Notes: generated from the sequence alone by a model not told the origin. Shown: positions 1 through 12,869, counted from the whole stretch's first letter. The stretch: 61,869 nucleotides of DNA, filler included, from Dugesia japonica (GCA_001938525.1; 6 parts of 6 records of this genome joined end to end with filler, not necessarily neighbours in it), one strand, 5' to 3'. Translations and numbers: made by a program.

Positions 1-503
1 AGATATCAATAGATATTAGGAATTTAGTCATTAAAAAACAATTATGAAATACAAGTATTTAAATATTAATATTTAGATATTTTTATTCCCTTTGGGTGAG
101 ATTATTAATTAATAATTATTTCCTCATAATATATATATTGCATTTCATTAATATTTCTTGTAATTTTAATAATTAATTCATCAAATACGGGGAAAATGAA
201 GAAAATGGAAGAGCAAATTTAATAAAAGAGGTTTGAATTTTATTAATAAATTTAATTTAGGAATGCTTACAGATATATGTGAAGAACAGAAATTTTTGAA
301 CGAAGAAAGAAAACCGATGCTCCCGGACTATATTGTTAACCAGTATATAGATGCTGAATTTTGCGAATCTGATTGTATCAGGTGCGCAAAGTTTAATCTA
401 ATGGTCTCTATGGAAATGCATCTTTTTAATAAAATTAACAAGATTTATTGCGTAAATATTTATTTCAATAAAACAACTCCAAGTTAACAATAAGTAAACA
501 AAT

Positions 504-955
504 TTAGATTTTCTTTGCAATATTTTTGACTTTTCATATAACTCCTACCGAATTAATTGATTTCTTATAGCCTTTAATCTCCCCTTGAATCATCGATTGG
601 TTGTTGTCTTTATATTGTTTTTCGTCTCTTTCCTTAAAACCTATATGAATAGTGTCATATACTCCAATTTGCCTGCTTAATATTGCAAACAGAGCTTCCA
701 CTATGTTTCCATCCTTCTCATGAATTCCAAATAGAAAGAGATTAAATTTAGATATTTTTATTGAAACTGGTTTCTAAAATAAAATATTAATTTATAAAAT
801 GTAATAAAAATAATTACATTTTACATATAAATAATTAAATAATAAATAATCAGAATCTTTAAAAAGAACAACTTGTAATTGAGGAAATCGGTAATTTTCC
901 ATAGTTCCACAGTTATTGTTGACAAGTTTTCCTTAGTGAGTGGTTTTACTTGCAT
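504..955 (-). pseudogene. Two-exon small gene of unknown family, paralogue of 60530-60966, with in-frame stops
   Basis: ATG at 955 reads MQVKPLTKENLSTITVELWK...; 44-bp GT-AG intron at 817-774; exon 2 reads KPVSIKISKFNLFLFGIHEKDGNIVEALF...SMIQGEIKGYKKSINSVGVI*KVK; TATA-like TATATAA about 45 nt upstream; aligns by eye with the 60530 copy. Confidence 0.6.
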
Positions 956-1214
956 TTTTGAGTTGTAAAAGTGATTAATGTTATGTAAACATTTGGTTAT
1001 ATACTAGCTGCAATACACACATACTTGTTATTTGTGAGTTCCTATTGGTAATTATTTGCTATCATTGATATAATTTGTTACTATTTCTTTTAACTGTTGC
1101 GATTAGTTAATATAAAATTAATATGATTTGATAATATTTGTTTTTTAATTGGTTACCGGGCTTATATAAACATGACTTGGTTTTCATAATAAATTTACAT
1201 TCTACAGAAGGAAA

Positions 1215-1716
1215 ATGAATTTCTTTAAAAATTTCGTTGAAAATCCTTATCAAAATGTATAAGTTATTAAACATATTGTTAAACAGGAAATATTAGTAAA
1301 TATAATTACCATTATTGATAACTAATCCNTGAATATTAATGAAGAAATAGAAGAAACAATCATTCAAGATGAACAAAAACCAGATGATNAAAATATAGAT
1401 GACGNATGTATAAAAAATACCAATATTTTTATGGTAAGAGTTTTATTTATTTATCCAACCTTATTAAATTTCTTTTCTAGAATTAGCGAAGCAGATATTA
1501 AATGAAAGGTTTCCAGAATTTCTTAATGACTGTATACTGGTGACTATGGAGTAATATTTTGATTATTTATTGCGAACAACAGCAATTGACATTGATCTTA
1601 TTATGAACGATTACATATTGTAACTTCAATTGGATTTGCTATGCAATTTAAACAAGACACTTTACGACATAATGAAGGAACATATTCTAAAGATGGCTAA
1701 AGAATTTGAAAACTAA
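1215..1716 (+). pseudogene. Decayed spliced gene of unknown function
   Basis: TATATAAA at 1163; ATG 1215 (MNFFKNFVENPYQN...NEEIEETIIQDEQKPDD); 47-bp intron gtaagag...ttttctag at 1434-1480; second exon ELAKQILNERFPEFLND...MKEHILKMAKEFEN*; several TAA stops and a frame slip. Confidence 0.4.
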
Positions 1717-1859
1717 TGTACTAATGTGCTAACAATAAATGTTTTATTGGATAGTTGTTTTGTCTTATTTACTTTTTAGTAGTAAATTAATGAATGTAAC
1801 AGGTATGAAATAGGAATGCAACATATATTCACTGAGAATCATTTGCCGGGGAATTCTTA

Positions 1860-2950
1860 TGATAATTACAATATGCATGCAATTTATATGACTATCTCTA
1901 TTACATGGCTACTATATAATTAATACCAGGTAACTATGCAAATAAACAATACATTATATGATTACTATGTAAATAATACACTATTAAACCATATAACACA
2001 TGGTTACTATGTAAAAACTACAAGGTAACTATACAAATAATATACTCGTAAACCTTATTTTACATGGTTAATATGTAAATAATATACTAATAAACCCTAT
2101 AACACAGAGTTACTATGAAAATAATATACTCACAAACCTTATACATTCATAAAAATACTTACTTATAAGGTATATTTACAGTAATTTTAAGTTATTTATA
2201 TGAAAATGTTCCACACTCATAATCCTTATTATACATAATTGCTATGTAAATTATGCATGGTAACTATGAAAATAATATACTCATAAACCCTTTATTACAC
2301 GTTTGGTATGCAAATAATACACTCATCAACCCTATAAACTCAATAACTACATACAAGCATAAAAATATTTTCTTATAAGTTTTTATATAGACTTATAAGT
2401 TATATATTGTAAGGTTCCATGAATTTATGATTTTTTTGAAAGAATTTCTATGTTTTTATCATTTTGTAAAGAAATGTTCTCAACTAATATGTTTTTTATA
2501 GAAAAATTGAATGACTTATACATTATTTATAAGAAAATCGCAACACCAATATGTTTTTTATAGAAAATGTCCTAGCTAATTTGTTTTGTAAGAAAGAAGT
2601 TCTGTTTTTATCATCTTATAAAGAAAGGTTTTATTTTTAAATATATATTTACATTTAAATATTACAAAGACACCCCTTTTTGAAACAATATACAGTAACT
2701 ATGTAAATAATACAAATAATACAGCTTTACTATGAAAATAATACATAAAATGTTTTTTTAAAAATTAATATTTTTAAAAATTTCATAATTCCAATTAAGA
2801 TAATATGAAATTAAGCTGAAAATAATATCGCTTAACTATGTAAATAATGCAGTGTAAGTATGTAAATCATACATAATACAAAAAAAAACTTTTAAATTAA
2901 TATTATTTAAAATTCATAATTACAATTAAGATAATATGAAATTAAGCAAT
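1860..2950. repeat. Degenerate tandem repeat (gtaactatgtaaataataca-like units) with a ~130-bp direct duplication (2694-2817 / 2832-2947)
   Basis: Recurrent ACTATGTAAATAATA motif; duplicated cataatt.caattaagataatatgaaattaagc. Confidence 0.75.
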
Positions 2951-3268
2951 CAATAAATATAAAAAATGTTGAGTTTATTTGCTCTATTTTCAATTTTTTT
3001 AATGCATATTTTTACTTCATATTTTCAAAGACCTCACTTCAATAATCTTAAAAGACTGTCATATAGTGAGAAAAGAAGATAGTTAGTCTGAGTGATAGTG
3101 ATTAAGAGTTGATATAACATTTTTTTAATTTAAAATACTATAACTATTTGAGTACATTTTAATCATCTGATGATCCTTTTTCTTCTTTACTTGAAACTTG
3201 GTAACCGTGCTTGCTCTTTGGTTTAATTGGATTCTTCTTCCTTTTGATAACCAACATTAAGATACATT

Positions 3269-3620
3269 AGTAGGTAGATTGTTGCGCACTGTATCACCCC
3301 TCTCAAAGTCAACTTTTTTCAAGGTCACTGATACACTATACATGATTGGGATTGGTCTGTGATCTAGTACACTCAATTCTGATTGTTGGAAAATTTGAAG
3401 GTCGATTTTTCAAGGTCAAATTGGCACAGTATCCTGCGATCTGATTGTTCAAAGTAGTTCAAGGTCAAAGTGATATAGTATACCGCGTTTTGATTGGTCG
3501 AAACATTTCAAGGTCAAAGTGAGTTAGTATCTAGTGATCTGATTGTTAGAATATTTCAAGGTCAAATGAAAGTAGGTCAAGCTCATTTTCATGACAACTA
3601 TTTGTAGGTCAATGTCAACT
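3269..3620 (+). mobile_element. AGTAG-terminus element end (Polinton/Maverick-like TIR?) with TCAAGGTCA/TGATTGG tandem array
   Basis: Starts AGTAGGTAGATTGTTGCGCACTGTATCACCCC, shared with 11279, 32730 (rc), 37795 and 60106; followed by ~50-60 bp units containing TTCAAGGTCA and TGATTG(G/T). Confidence 0.7.
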
Positions 3621-3749
3621 ATCATTCAGACATGTTTAATAATTACTCTAACCTTTAATCCTCGTTCAGACTTAATATTATTAATTTCCGCATTAACATT
3701 ATATACTTAACCCAACATCAGAATCAAAAAATAAAGATTATATCAGTTT

Positions 3750-5960
3750 ATGTCGTGATTTTCTTACAAAGACTAATGAAATTAAAGACATTAAGAATTG
3801 CCCAATTGCGATTGCATGCTTTGACATAAAAGATGCTTTTGGTAGTGTTCCACACTGTTAATTTTGGCATTGCTATAATATATTAAGGTTGAAAATGACT
3901 TTGCTAACATCCTAGAACTTCTATACTCTGATATATCTTCATTCTATACTTGTAGTTCAATAATCATAACAAATATTCTAATCAGGAGAGGAGTCAAACA
4001 AGGCTGCCCATTTATATATGATCTTATTTAATTTGGCTATCAATTCATCACTCCAATCAATTTCTGCATCCCGCACAATACCTTTTATGATAGGGTCATC
4101 AAAAATTCAGACTCTTTCATATGCTGATAATTTGGCACTCGTTGCAACTAATACTGAAGACCTTTATAAAATAATAAATATGGCAATATGAACTGCAAAA
4201 ATCATTGGATTTGAATTTTGACCTGCTAAATGGGCTTATCTTAAACTACCTCAAACCAACTTCACCAGCAAAATCTCTATAAATGATAAGAAAATAAAAA
4301 ATTAACTATAAAATAATTTTATCAATATTTTGGCATTCCGGTCGGAGACAGAAATGACCAAAGTCTTTATGAGACGATACAACAAGTCATTGATGATTTA
4401 ACAAAAAGTTCTGATTCAGACTTACTAGGAGGGCAGAAGCTAAAGAAATACAAAAGTATTCCTACATTCTAGACTCACATTTGGATTCAAAATGCGCGAA
4501 ATCTAGCGCGAAAATTAGTGCCAATAGCCTTCCACAGAATAATCCAAATGTTAGTAACAACAATATTAGTAAGGTTTGTTTCCAAGTTAGGCGCATATTA
4601 AATCTTTCGAAACGATCTGAAATTCTTTACTTCTACAATTCAACCGAAATTAGAGGAGCTGCTTGCGTCGATCTGTTGGATGAATATCAAACTCAATGTG
4701 TTGTGCAATATTTTAAATTACTTACCTCAAGATGCATGTACACAAACAAAATCAATATAGACTCCTTAAGTCTCGCAGCAAATTCAAGAATAAATTAACT
4801 AAACCCATCTCTAAATAAATGTTTCGAATGGATAAATGGGAAAAAACATTAAAAACCTCAAATGCCAAGAAAACGCACTTTACGCGAAAATGAACTGCAA
4901 TATAATTTTTCAAAAAGACTCATGATACAGATATATCGTTAAATGTACTTAATAAAAAAATAGTCCTTTATATGACCAACAAGACAAGAGGAACGTATGT
5001 TATTAATCATACATCTCGTAAAGAAATTTCAAATATCATTTACAACTTAGTCTTTGATTCATACCCTGAAAATGGGAAAAAAGCAAAGGAAGCAACTTGA
5101 TATTCACAGCTATTCAAATGAGCCCTATTATTAATTAAATGATTTTCAAAATTGACCTCAATGAATTTTAGTGGAATTTTATTCACAGTGCACTAACAAA
5201 CTCTCTATCAATACGTGGAAGATCCTTTTATGAAAAAAAACTGTCGGCGCTGTTTTACTGAAAATGAATCTTTATCACATGTTCTTCAAAAATGCAAAAT
5301 GAATCAAGCAATAGCAATTGAAAGACATAATGCTTGCCTTGATATTATTATCAGTAAACTTATAACCTCAGATGCTATTGTTGAGGTCAATAGAATAAAT
5401 AAATATATTTCGGATTCTAGCGAAAGAGTGGATGCTACAGTAACTAATGTTGAAAAAAAACAATATATCTAATTGATGTCAAATGCCCAATAGACTCCGA
5501 AAAGAATTTTGAAGAGTGTGACAAAAGAAATTTAGATAAATATGATCTACTAAACAATAAAGTNAAAATAGCGAAGCCTGACTTTAAAGTAGAATTACAT
5601 ACTTGCATAATTGGATCACTTGGCTCAATTCTAACCGCAACTATCTGAATTCTAGAAAAAATTATCGAAAACTAAAATTTAATAAAAAGAATATTAAAAG
5701 ATTGCTCCAAACCAAATATAACCTACTCAGCAGAAATATGGAAGTTCCACAAAACTGGCATTAGAAACAACAAAATAACTTCCAATATTGAAGAAAAGTA
5801 TATAAAGAATTGAAGAAACGTGTGTGAGTTCCATGTAGAAGCAAAAACAAGACTGTTTGTATATTCAAACTTGTTATATTTAATAAATTTTATTATTACT
5901 ACAAACTCAAACACTGAGGAGATTATTTCTTCGACTTACAAGTGAGCTTTTATAAAAAAA
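3750..5960 (+). mobile_element. 5'-truncated, decayed non-LTR retrotransposon with RT and C-terminal restriction-like endonuclease (R2/NeSL/R4-type)
   Basis: Translated motifs ACFDIKDAFGSVPH, RRGVKQGCP, LSYADNLAL (YADD), YQYFGIP; CCHC knuckle CRRC...HVLQKC; ERHN, SERVD, LIDVKCP, KYDLL, IIGSLGS; A-rich tail near 5955; many stops and frameshifts. Confidence 0.9.
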
Positions 5961-6614
5961 AATGAAACTTACCATGATTATAGTTATCTTCATCGAAGAA
6001 TAAATTAATATTACGTATTGAATTTTAAAAATTCTTATATTTTATAATAATTAAACTACCGAAAATAGTTTAATATTTAGTTTTTGTCTGTAAAATTTAT
6101 TTTCGTTTTTCCGAATTTTTTTAAAATTCAAACAAACTAATACAAAAATAAAACAACAACTGGTGTATAGATGAACATTTGTTTTCTAGATTTGTTTACA
6201 AATCAAATTATTCAGGCATATTTATGACACTTAATCAATATACGTGATTTAATATTTGTTTGTTTATTTATTTGTTTCGTGGGTTTACTTATATTGATCA
6301 TGAAATATTAACCAAATTCATTTCTTCTTGGAAATCAATACGACAAATCAACAATTTCGGTAAATACTCGATATATTCTTTACAAAACTTATATAAACTA
6401 TTAGTGATTTTAATTATTTATTCATAAATATTTTAAATTTGTTTAAAATTTCATAAATAAATAAATAAAATAAAAATAAATAATTAAAACATTTTTTAAA
6501 ACGAATTAATAAAAAAACAATAATGTTAGAGCGCATACTTCGATGAAAAACACAAAACAACCAGTAAATAAATGATTAATCGATATAAAAATTCAACAAA
6601 ATTAATAATATTTT

Positions 6615-6716
6615 AGTAGTGGGTTAGGGTAAACAATGGGCCACCTGTGAATGGGTTAGGGTAAACAATGGGCCACCTGTGAATGGGTTAGGGTAAAAAA
6701 TGGGCCACCTGTGAAT
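6615..6716 (+). repeat. AGTAGT followed by 3 x 32-bp tandem repeat GGGTTAGGGTAAACAATGGGCCACCTGTGAAT
   Basis: Three nearly perfect copies at 6621-6716. Confidence 0.9.
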
Positions 6717-6739
6717 GAAATTTATTAAAATTTATTAAA

Positions 6740-7260
6740 ATTGATCAAATTTGAGCAAATCTTTCTTTATTTTAATTTATTTAATCGGCATGCTCAATTT
6801 TAGCTAATTTTGCTAAGAAAATTGCACAATGGGGTTCAATTTGGTCAACTTTAGTAAAACACTTCCCCGGTAATGACAATTATAGTATATTTTTGGTCGG
6901 TTATGTTCAATTATGGACTATTTTTGAGCAATTTGGGCAATCTTTAGGGCAATAAACACTTTAGAAAAGTCGATTTTTGGTAAATGGTAGTCAAAGTTGT
7001 TTTTCTTAAGGATGAATTTGTTCAGATTTATCATCTGGATGTTCAATGTTTGTCGGTTTTGTTCGAATTTGGTCAATAATTTGCTCGAATTTGCTCACAA
7101 TAGTCGACTTTGGTCTTTTTTGGACAAATTTGGTCAAAATTTCGCTCGAAAAGGTCAAATTTGGTCAAGTTTGGTTGAATTTAGTCGACTCTGCTCAAAT
7201 ATTTGATCACAATAGTCAATTTTGGTTGAATTTAGGTTATTTTGTTTACATTTTCAAGTT
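6740..7260 (+). repeat. Degenerate TTGGTCAAATT-rich repeat, with an inverted homologue at 9620-9830 and a similar tract at 39780-40030
   Basis: tcgactctgctcaaatatttgatcacaatagtcaattt (~7185-7222) matches the reverse complement of ~9641-9678. Confidence 0.65.
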
Positions 7261-7479
7261 TTTAAATTCACGAAAATTTGGTGGAAAAAGTCATTTTGTT
7301 TAATTATTTAAATTAAATGAAAAGTTAATTAAGGTTTTCAAGGGAATTCGAGTGAAAAACCAAAAATTGCAAAACATTTTTAAACATTTCTATCTAGATT
7401 TTTACACTTATCAATTCAGAATGACCTCAATATAATTTCTAACCAGAAATACTTTTCGAATAATTTGAATAAATAATAA

Positions 7480-7920
7480 TAATAAAGAATAAAGCCACAT
7501 ACAAGAGGTCCACAAACGTTCCCGTTGGAATGAGCTCTCTTAGGTATTCTTGAGTAGAATTGGTTGATGATCGACATTTAATTCTCTGAAAGCGTTGCTA
7601 ATAGACTCAGTTATGAATAATTGGGTAAAGGATCTAAGATGATAGCTCTTTTTTTGTTACACGTGTAGAGAACCTAATGGCACTTGTTAATATTCTTATG
7701 TGAAAATGTTTCTGATGTTGTCAAGATTGATTTTTGGGTTTGCTTTCATCAAAGGAGTGCCCTCTTTGATTGTCATAATAGCGAAGCTACAGTTAGGAAT
7801 AGCTAAACAGTCTGGAATCCTAAGATGTTCTTCTATAAACCGATCAATTTGGCTGTCACTAAACCAAAACTTCTCCAAGTTTGGTGGTTTTTCTACAATC
7901 AGATGGTGTGGTGACGGCGT
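7480..7920 (-). pseudogene. Ulp1/C48-like cysteine protease relic, probably from a mobile element
   Basis: Across three frameshifts: WFSDSQIDRFIE ... NINKCH*VL (HW) ... ILDPL ... SNGNVCGPLVCGF, i.e. the His-Asp-Cys order of clan CE proteases. Confidence 0.65.
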
Positions 7921-8741
7921 TCTGATTGTAGAACCTGATTGTCAATTCATAGGATTAGCAGTGTGTGTCTCATAATTGTCATTAATAGTTGGAGAGTGTT
8001 TTCTTTTGTTTCCTCTAGATTTTATGATCCTCGAAGCGATAATGATTTATCAATATTTTTGAACAAATTTGATCATAAACCAGTCTATATGATAGAGACT
8101 TTTAAGCTGAGAATGACTGTAATAGCTAAAAATCGCCAATTTTTTGTTTGGTGCTGACGGAAATTTGATAAACCTGTGAGTTTTTTGTATAATTTTTGAA
8201 AATTTTCTCGACTTGTATTAAAACATAGATCATTAGATAGAGAATGTTTTCCTAATCGAGAATCTCATCACTTAAAATCATCAAACTTAATTTTGACGGG
8301 AAAACATCGAAAGAACTTTGTCAAACATGAATATAAAACTGAAAATAAACTGACATGAATATAAAAATTATTTTTATATAATTTCATCCAAATTTAATGA
8401 TTCAAGTACTATTCGATTCAGAATGTTTCACTGAACAATAATAAAGGTGGTAAAAGTTGAGAAAATAAATTATTTTGAAAAAGATTCACGTATTTTTAAT
8501 TCTCAAAAATTAATGAAAATTTTAAATTTGATAATTATAAAAATATAAATTATTTCAAATGTAAACAATAGACCTTCTATTCAATATCGAATATTTTGCT
8601 GATCAAGAATAATATCACCTAAAATTTCCAAGCTTATATATGATGAAAACCATCAAATAACACGTACTTAATATTGGTTGGTTGTAACTTATCATTTAAA
8701 ATATAAAAATATTTCAAATTTGAACATCAAAGTATGTATTG

Positions 8742-8805
8742 AGTAGTTCTCAAACTGTGGTACATGTACCACTGGTGGTACATTATAATATTTTACAGTG
8801 GTACA
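8742..8805 (+). mobile_element. hAT (Charlie/Buster-like) terminal fragment
   Basis: agtagttctcaaactgtggtacatgtaccactggtggtaca resembles CAGTGGTTCTCAAACT...GTAC...GTACCAC ends of Charlie/Buster elements; no partner end seen. Confidence 0.5.
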
Positions 8806-9254
8806 ATTTTTACAGAAAAAAATTAAATGAATGTCCAAAATGTATACTTATTTATATTTGATTGTAATGTAAAAGTTTCATTATGAATATAATTAAATAA
8901 TATAAATTTAAAGTGTTTTATTCTTTGATTATATACATTCCATTCAAGATTCATTAATTTTTAATGGCGGTAAATATATTTTTGTTTCATATTTATCTAT
9001 TACAAAATTTGAAAATTTTAAGAACTCCTAATCTATTTAATAGAAATTTTACGTTGAGTAAGAAAAATGTGGTTAAAAATCGTCAAACTTTTACCTTAAT
9101 AAAATAAATTGAAAAGCAAGTCATCATATGGAAATTGAAATTCATAACATTAAAATGGTAATTATTTAATTAATTATCTTTAATTTACTTATATAATTCC
9201 TAAAAATTCCCACTGTTTTATTAATTTTAAAACATTTTAATAATAATTTTATTT

Positions 9255-9540
9255 AATGTGTTGGCTATGAATTTCAAAGCGATTGAATAAAATTTCTGTG
9301 ATGAATTTTAATTAATTAATTCACAATGGTGTAATTTTTGATTAAGACAGTTCAATTTTATAAAATGTTTCAATTTGTAATTAAAGTATTGATTAATTTT
9401 AATTAGTGTGTTGTAATATTTAATGTGCTGGCTATGAATTTTAATGTGATTGAATAAAATTTTTATTATGAAATTTATAATTTTTATTCACGTTGGTGTA
9501 ATTTTGATAAATATGGTATAATTTTATTAAATATTTTCAT
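9255..9540. repeat. ~166-bp direct tandem duplication
   Basis: taatgtg(t/c)tggctatgaattt...gattgaataaaattt...tggtgtaatttt at 9255 and 9421. Confidence 0.75.
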
Positions 9541-10674
9541 TTTACATTAAACTGTAGAAAATTTTGATTATGAATTTAAAATTTTTAATGAATTTTTATT
9601 CTAGGCCAAGATTGTACCGTACTGATGAAAGGACTTGGTAAAATTGACCATTGTGCGCAAATATTTAAGCAGAGTCGATAAAATTTGTCCCAAAATCGAC
9701 AAAAACTTAACCAAATTCGAATAAATTCTTCACTGAATTCCACAAAAACCCACCAAAACTGACCATCCCGACAAAAATTTTTAACAAATTCGTACTTAAG
9801 CAAAAGATTGCTCGAATTGTTCTCCATTTATGAAACCGTCCGGCTGCCACTTATTCTGGTTGATGCAGTATTTCCTTTCTGGTAAATGATTTCAACACCA
9901 CGACAATGTTTTGAAAGGACTCATCGATCTTGTAAATTCTAAGGAAAGATTGTCTTACAAAATATGGTCTCCGGTCTGCAACAAGTAGTAGAACGGGACG
10001 GAGGCTTCACTTATAATCATACTTAGGTTTTTTATTTTTGATTTATTAAACCAATAAAACAAAAGCAGACATTACTTTTCGAACAACCTAAAGAAATAAT
10101 TTTAGATAAATTAATTAAAGTAAAATTCAATTTTTTGGAAAAATCAGTATTATTTAAACTATTAAAAATTTTACAATTTTGCGCTTTCTCAAATTTAAAA
10201 TTATCCAAATCTAAAAATAATTTCGTTTAAAATAAATTATAATAATAACCTTTAAAATTTAAAAGTAATCTTTACACTTGATAAAACCATATTAAAATTT
10301 TCCAAACCCTAACTTATCTTACATAAGAAAGTGTTGAATAGATTAGATCTCTCAAGTGATATTGTATGTAAACCATTTTTTATAAAAAAACATCAACACT
10401 TCCAAATGGATTGATCTGAGAGCAGTTTAAATTACATTAGAACGTCAAATGCCAGCCAATTATATATTTACAATAATTTATCTGACTTATTGTCATTTTC
10501 TGTTTTACAGTCACAAATTAAAAGTATAACCTTTAAAGGTTAGCAAACGAGTTTGTCAATGAAATCAATTGATGTTTATTTTTCTAATTTATTGCCTTTA
10601 TAGTAATTTCACTCAATCTCTTTAATTATTAAATTTATTGTTACAACTACTAATCCAAATCTGTTTATTAAATA

Positions 10675-11278
10675 TTAGGGGTGCAGAAAAGTAATGAGAA
10701 AATTTTATATTAAAATAAAAACTATTTTATTTATTAACAAAAAAACAATAAATCATTGATATAATTGTCATCATTGTTAATAACTCTTTGCCATCTATTC
10801 ATCAACTAATGAATCTCATTCAAAAAGAATTTGACTTCTTTTTCAACAAAATACTTACAGAGGTCCAATTTCATGTTTTCTAAACTTTTAAAAGTTTTAC
10901 CTCTTAAAGAAATGTTCGAGAAAACGTAAAAGGTAATAATCTGATGGGGTAATATCGCTAATATATAATGAATGTTGCAAAGATTCTTACCATAAATCTC
11001 TGATTTTGAAGTAAGTCATCTTTGAAATGTGCTGTGTTCCGTTATAATGGACAAAAAACGCCTTTTCTTTGCCAAAACAGATTTTAAAGTATCTAATAGT
11101 CTACAATAGAATTCACTGTTAATTGTTTGTCCCGATTCCTATAGCTGCCAATGCACTGGTTCTTTAAAATCCCATCAAACAGACAGTAATGCTTTTTTTG
11201 ATGAAAATTTGGATTTCGAGGCGGAAATGATTATTCACTAATATAACCATTGGTTTCCTTTATGTGAATTGTCATACA
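10675..11278 (-). mobile_element. Decayed mariner, 3' half, interrupted at 11279
   Basis: TA + TIR ttaggggtgcagaaaagtaatg at 10675; minus strand reads LYDNSHKGNQW, KKALLSV*WD, DITPSDYYLLR. Confidence 0.85.
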
Positions 11279-11710
11279 AGTAGATAGATAGTAGAGCACT
11301 GGATCAACCAATCGTCAAGGTCAAATTTTTTAAAGGTCAGTGATCTAGTATACTTGATTCTGATTGGTTTAAATAATTCAAGGTTGAATTTTTAAGGTCA
11401 GTGATCTAGTATACTGAATTTTGATTGGTGGAAAATCTCAAGGTCGAATGTTCAAAGTCAGTGATCAAGTATACTCGATTATGATTGGTTGAAATAATTC
11501 AAGGTGGAATTTTCAAGGTCAGTGATTTAGTATACTGGATTTTGATTGGTTGAAAATCTAAAGGTCAAATTCTCAAGGTCGAATGTTCAAGTTCAGGGAT
11601 CTAGTATACTCGATTCTGATTGGCTGAAAACTCAAGGTCAAAGTGATTTAATATACTCGATTTAGATTGGTTGAAATAATTCAAGGTGAATTTTCAAGGT
11701 CAGATTCATT
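11279..11710 (+). mobile_element. AGTAG-terminus element end with ~60-bp TCAAGGTCA/TGATTGG array, inserted in a mariner
   Basis: AGTAGATAGATAGTAGAGCACTGGATCAACC begins exactly where the mariner coding sequence stops; about 14 AAGGT(C)-type motifs and 6 GATTGG motifs. Confidence 0.75.
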
Positions 11711-11880
11711 GAATGTCAATATTTTTTTTGTGTAACTTATAAATTTTTATTTCTATTGAGTTACTCAATATAATTTACTCAGAAATTAGTTACTCATTTA
11801 GAAATTTTCTTTGTTTTATTTGCATTTTCTTTGCTTTACTTGCATTTCTATTGCATTTTCTTTATTTTAATTTAACCAAT

Positions 11881-11980
11881 NNNNNNNNNNNNNNNNNNNN
11901 NNNNNNNNNNNNNNNNNNNNNNNNTTAATTAATTAANNNNNNNNNNNNNNNNNNNNNNNNNNNNNNNNNNNNNNNNNNNN
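11881..11980. other. Artificial assembly linker (44N-TTAATTAATTAA-44N)
   Basis: Identical 100-bp structure occurs five times; the 12-mer has stops in all six frames. Confidence 0.95.
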
Positions 11981-12869
11981 TGTTGAAAAATTATTTAAAT
12001 AAAACAAGACATAATGATTATAGTTGCTAAATATTCAACAGAAATATTTAAAGAAAATTTCAAAATATTGAAATGTATTGATATGTAAACTGATACTTAT
12101 TTTAACGATTTCATCTTTTAAATAAATGTTTTATAAAAATTGATAAATTTAAAAATTATAATAAATAATTTATTCGTATTTACTTTTCAATGAAATATTT
12201 GTTCATAAATTTAAACAAACATCCATTTTTTTATTTACAACTATTAAAAATGTTTACTTGAGATATTTGTCTTGGTCCATTTAATTGTTTAAAGAAACTA
12301 TATTTGCATAAGTAATCTTTAGCTGTTATATATAAAATGTCAATTATTTTGTTTTTTCTAATTAAATTTCATCTGTATCATTTGTATAAAATCTTGTAAT
12401 TTTTATATCAAAAATATCCAGTAAACTTTACTACAATAATCTAATACTTTGCATGAAATGTTTAATATATTTGATATTTATATTTTCACAGCGTAACAAT
12501 ACTCAAACATAGTTGGTATCTGTTTGTAATTAACTCCTGCGTGAGTCTCGGCATCATTCCTCATAGAATGTTCACTCAGACAACATGATTATTTAATATC
12601 CAAACATTCAATATCAATAGATAATGAGAGATAAATAGTATTTTTTTTAAAAAAATGCCACATTTCTTTCCACATTCTAAGCATTTCCGTAATCTTACAA
12701 TGAAAATTTATAGTAGCAAATATAGAACGATCAATATATTAATAAGACTTCAATATTACTTACTAGGATCAATTTTCATCACCAACATGAGTAATAAACA
12801 TTTTCTTTATTCCTTAGCACGATATTCGGAGCGTTATATTTAAATCATTGATTTTTTCAAGATTAATCA

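Noticed and set aside
6997-7303. ORFs in the GGTCA-rich repeat, and other ORF-track calls spanning N runs or microsatellites
   Set aside because: Artefacts of low-complexity sequence or gaps.
9870-10020. Possible Tc1 C-terminal fragment (LQQVVERDGGFTY)
   Set aside because: Too short and degenerate to support.
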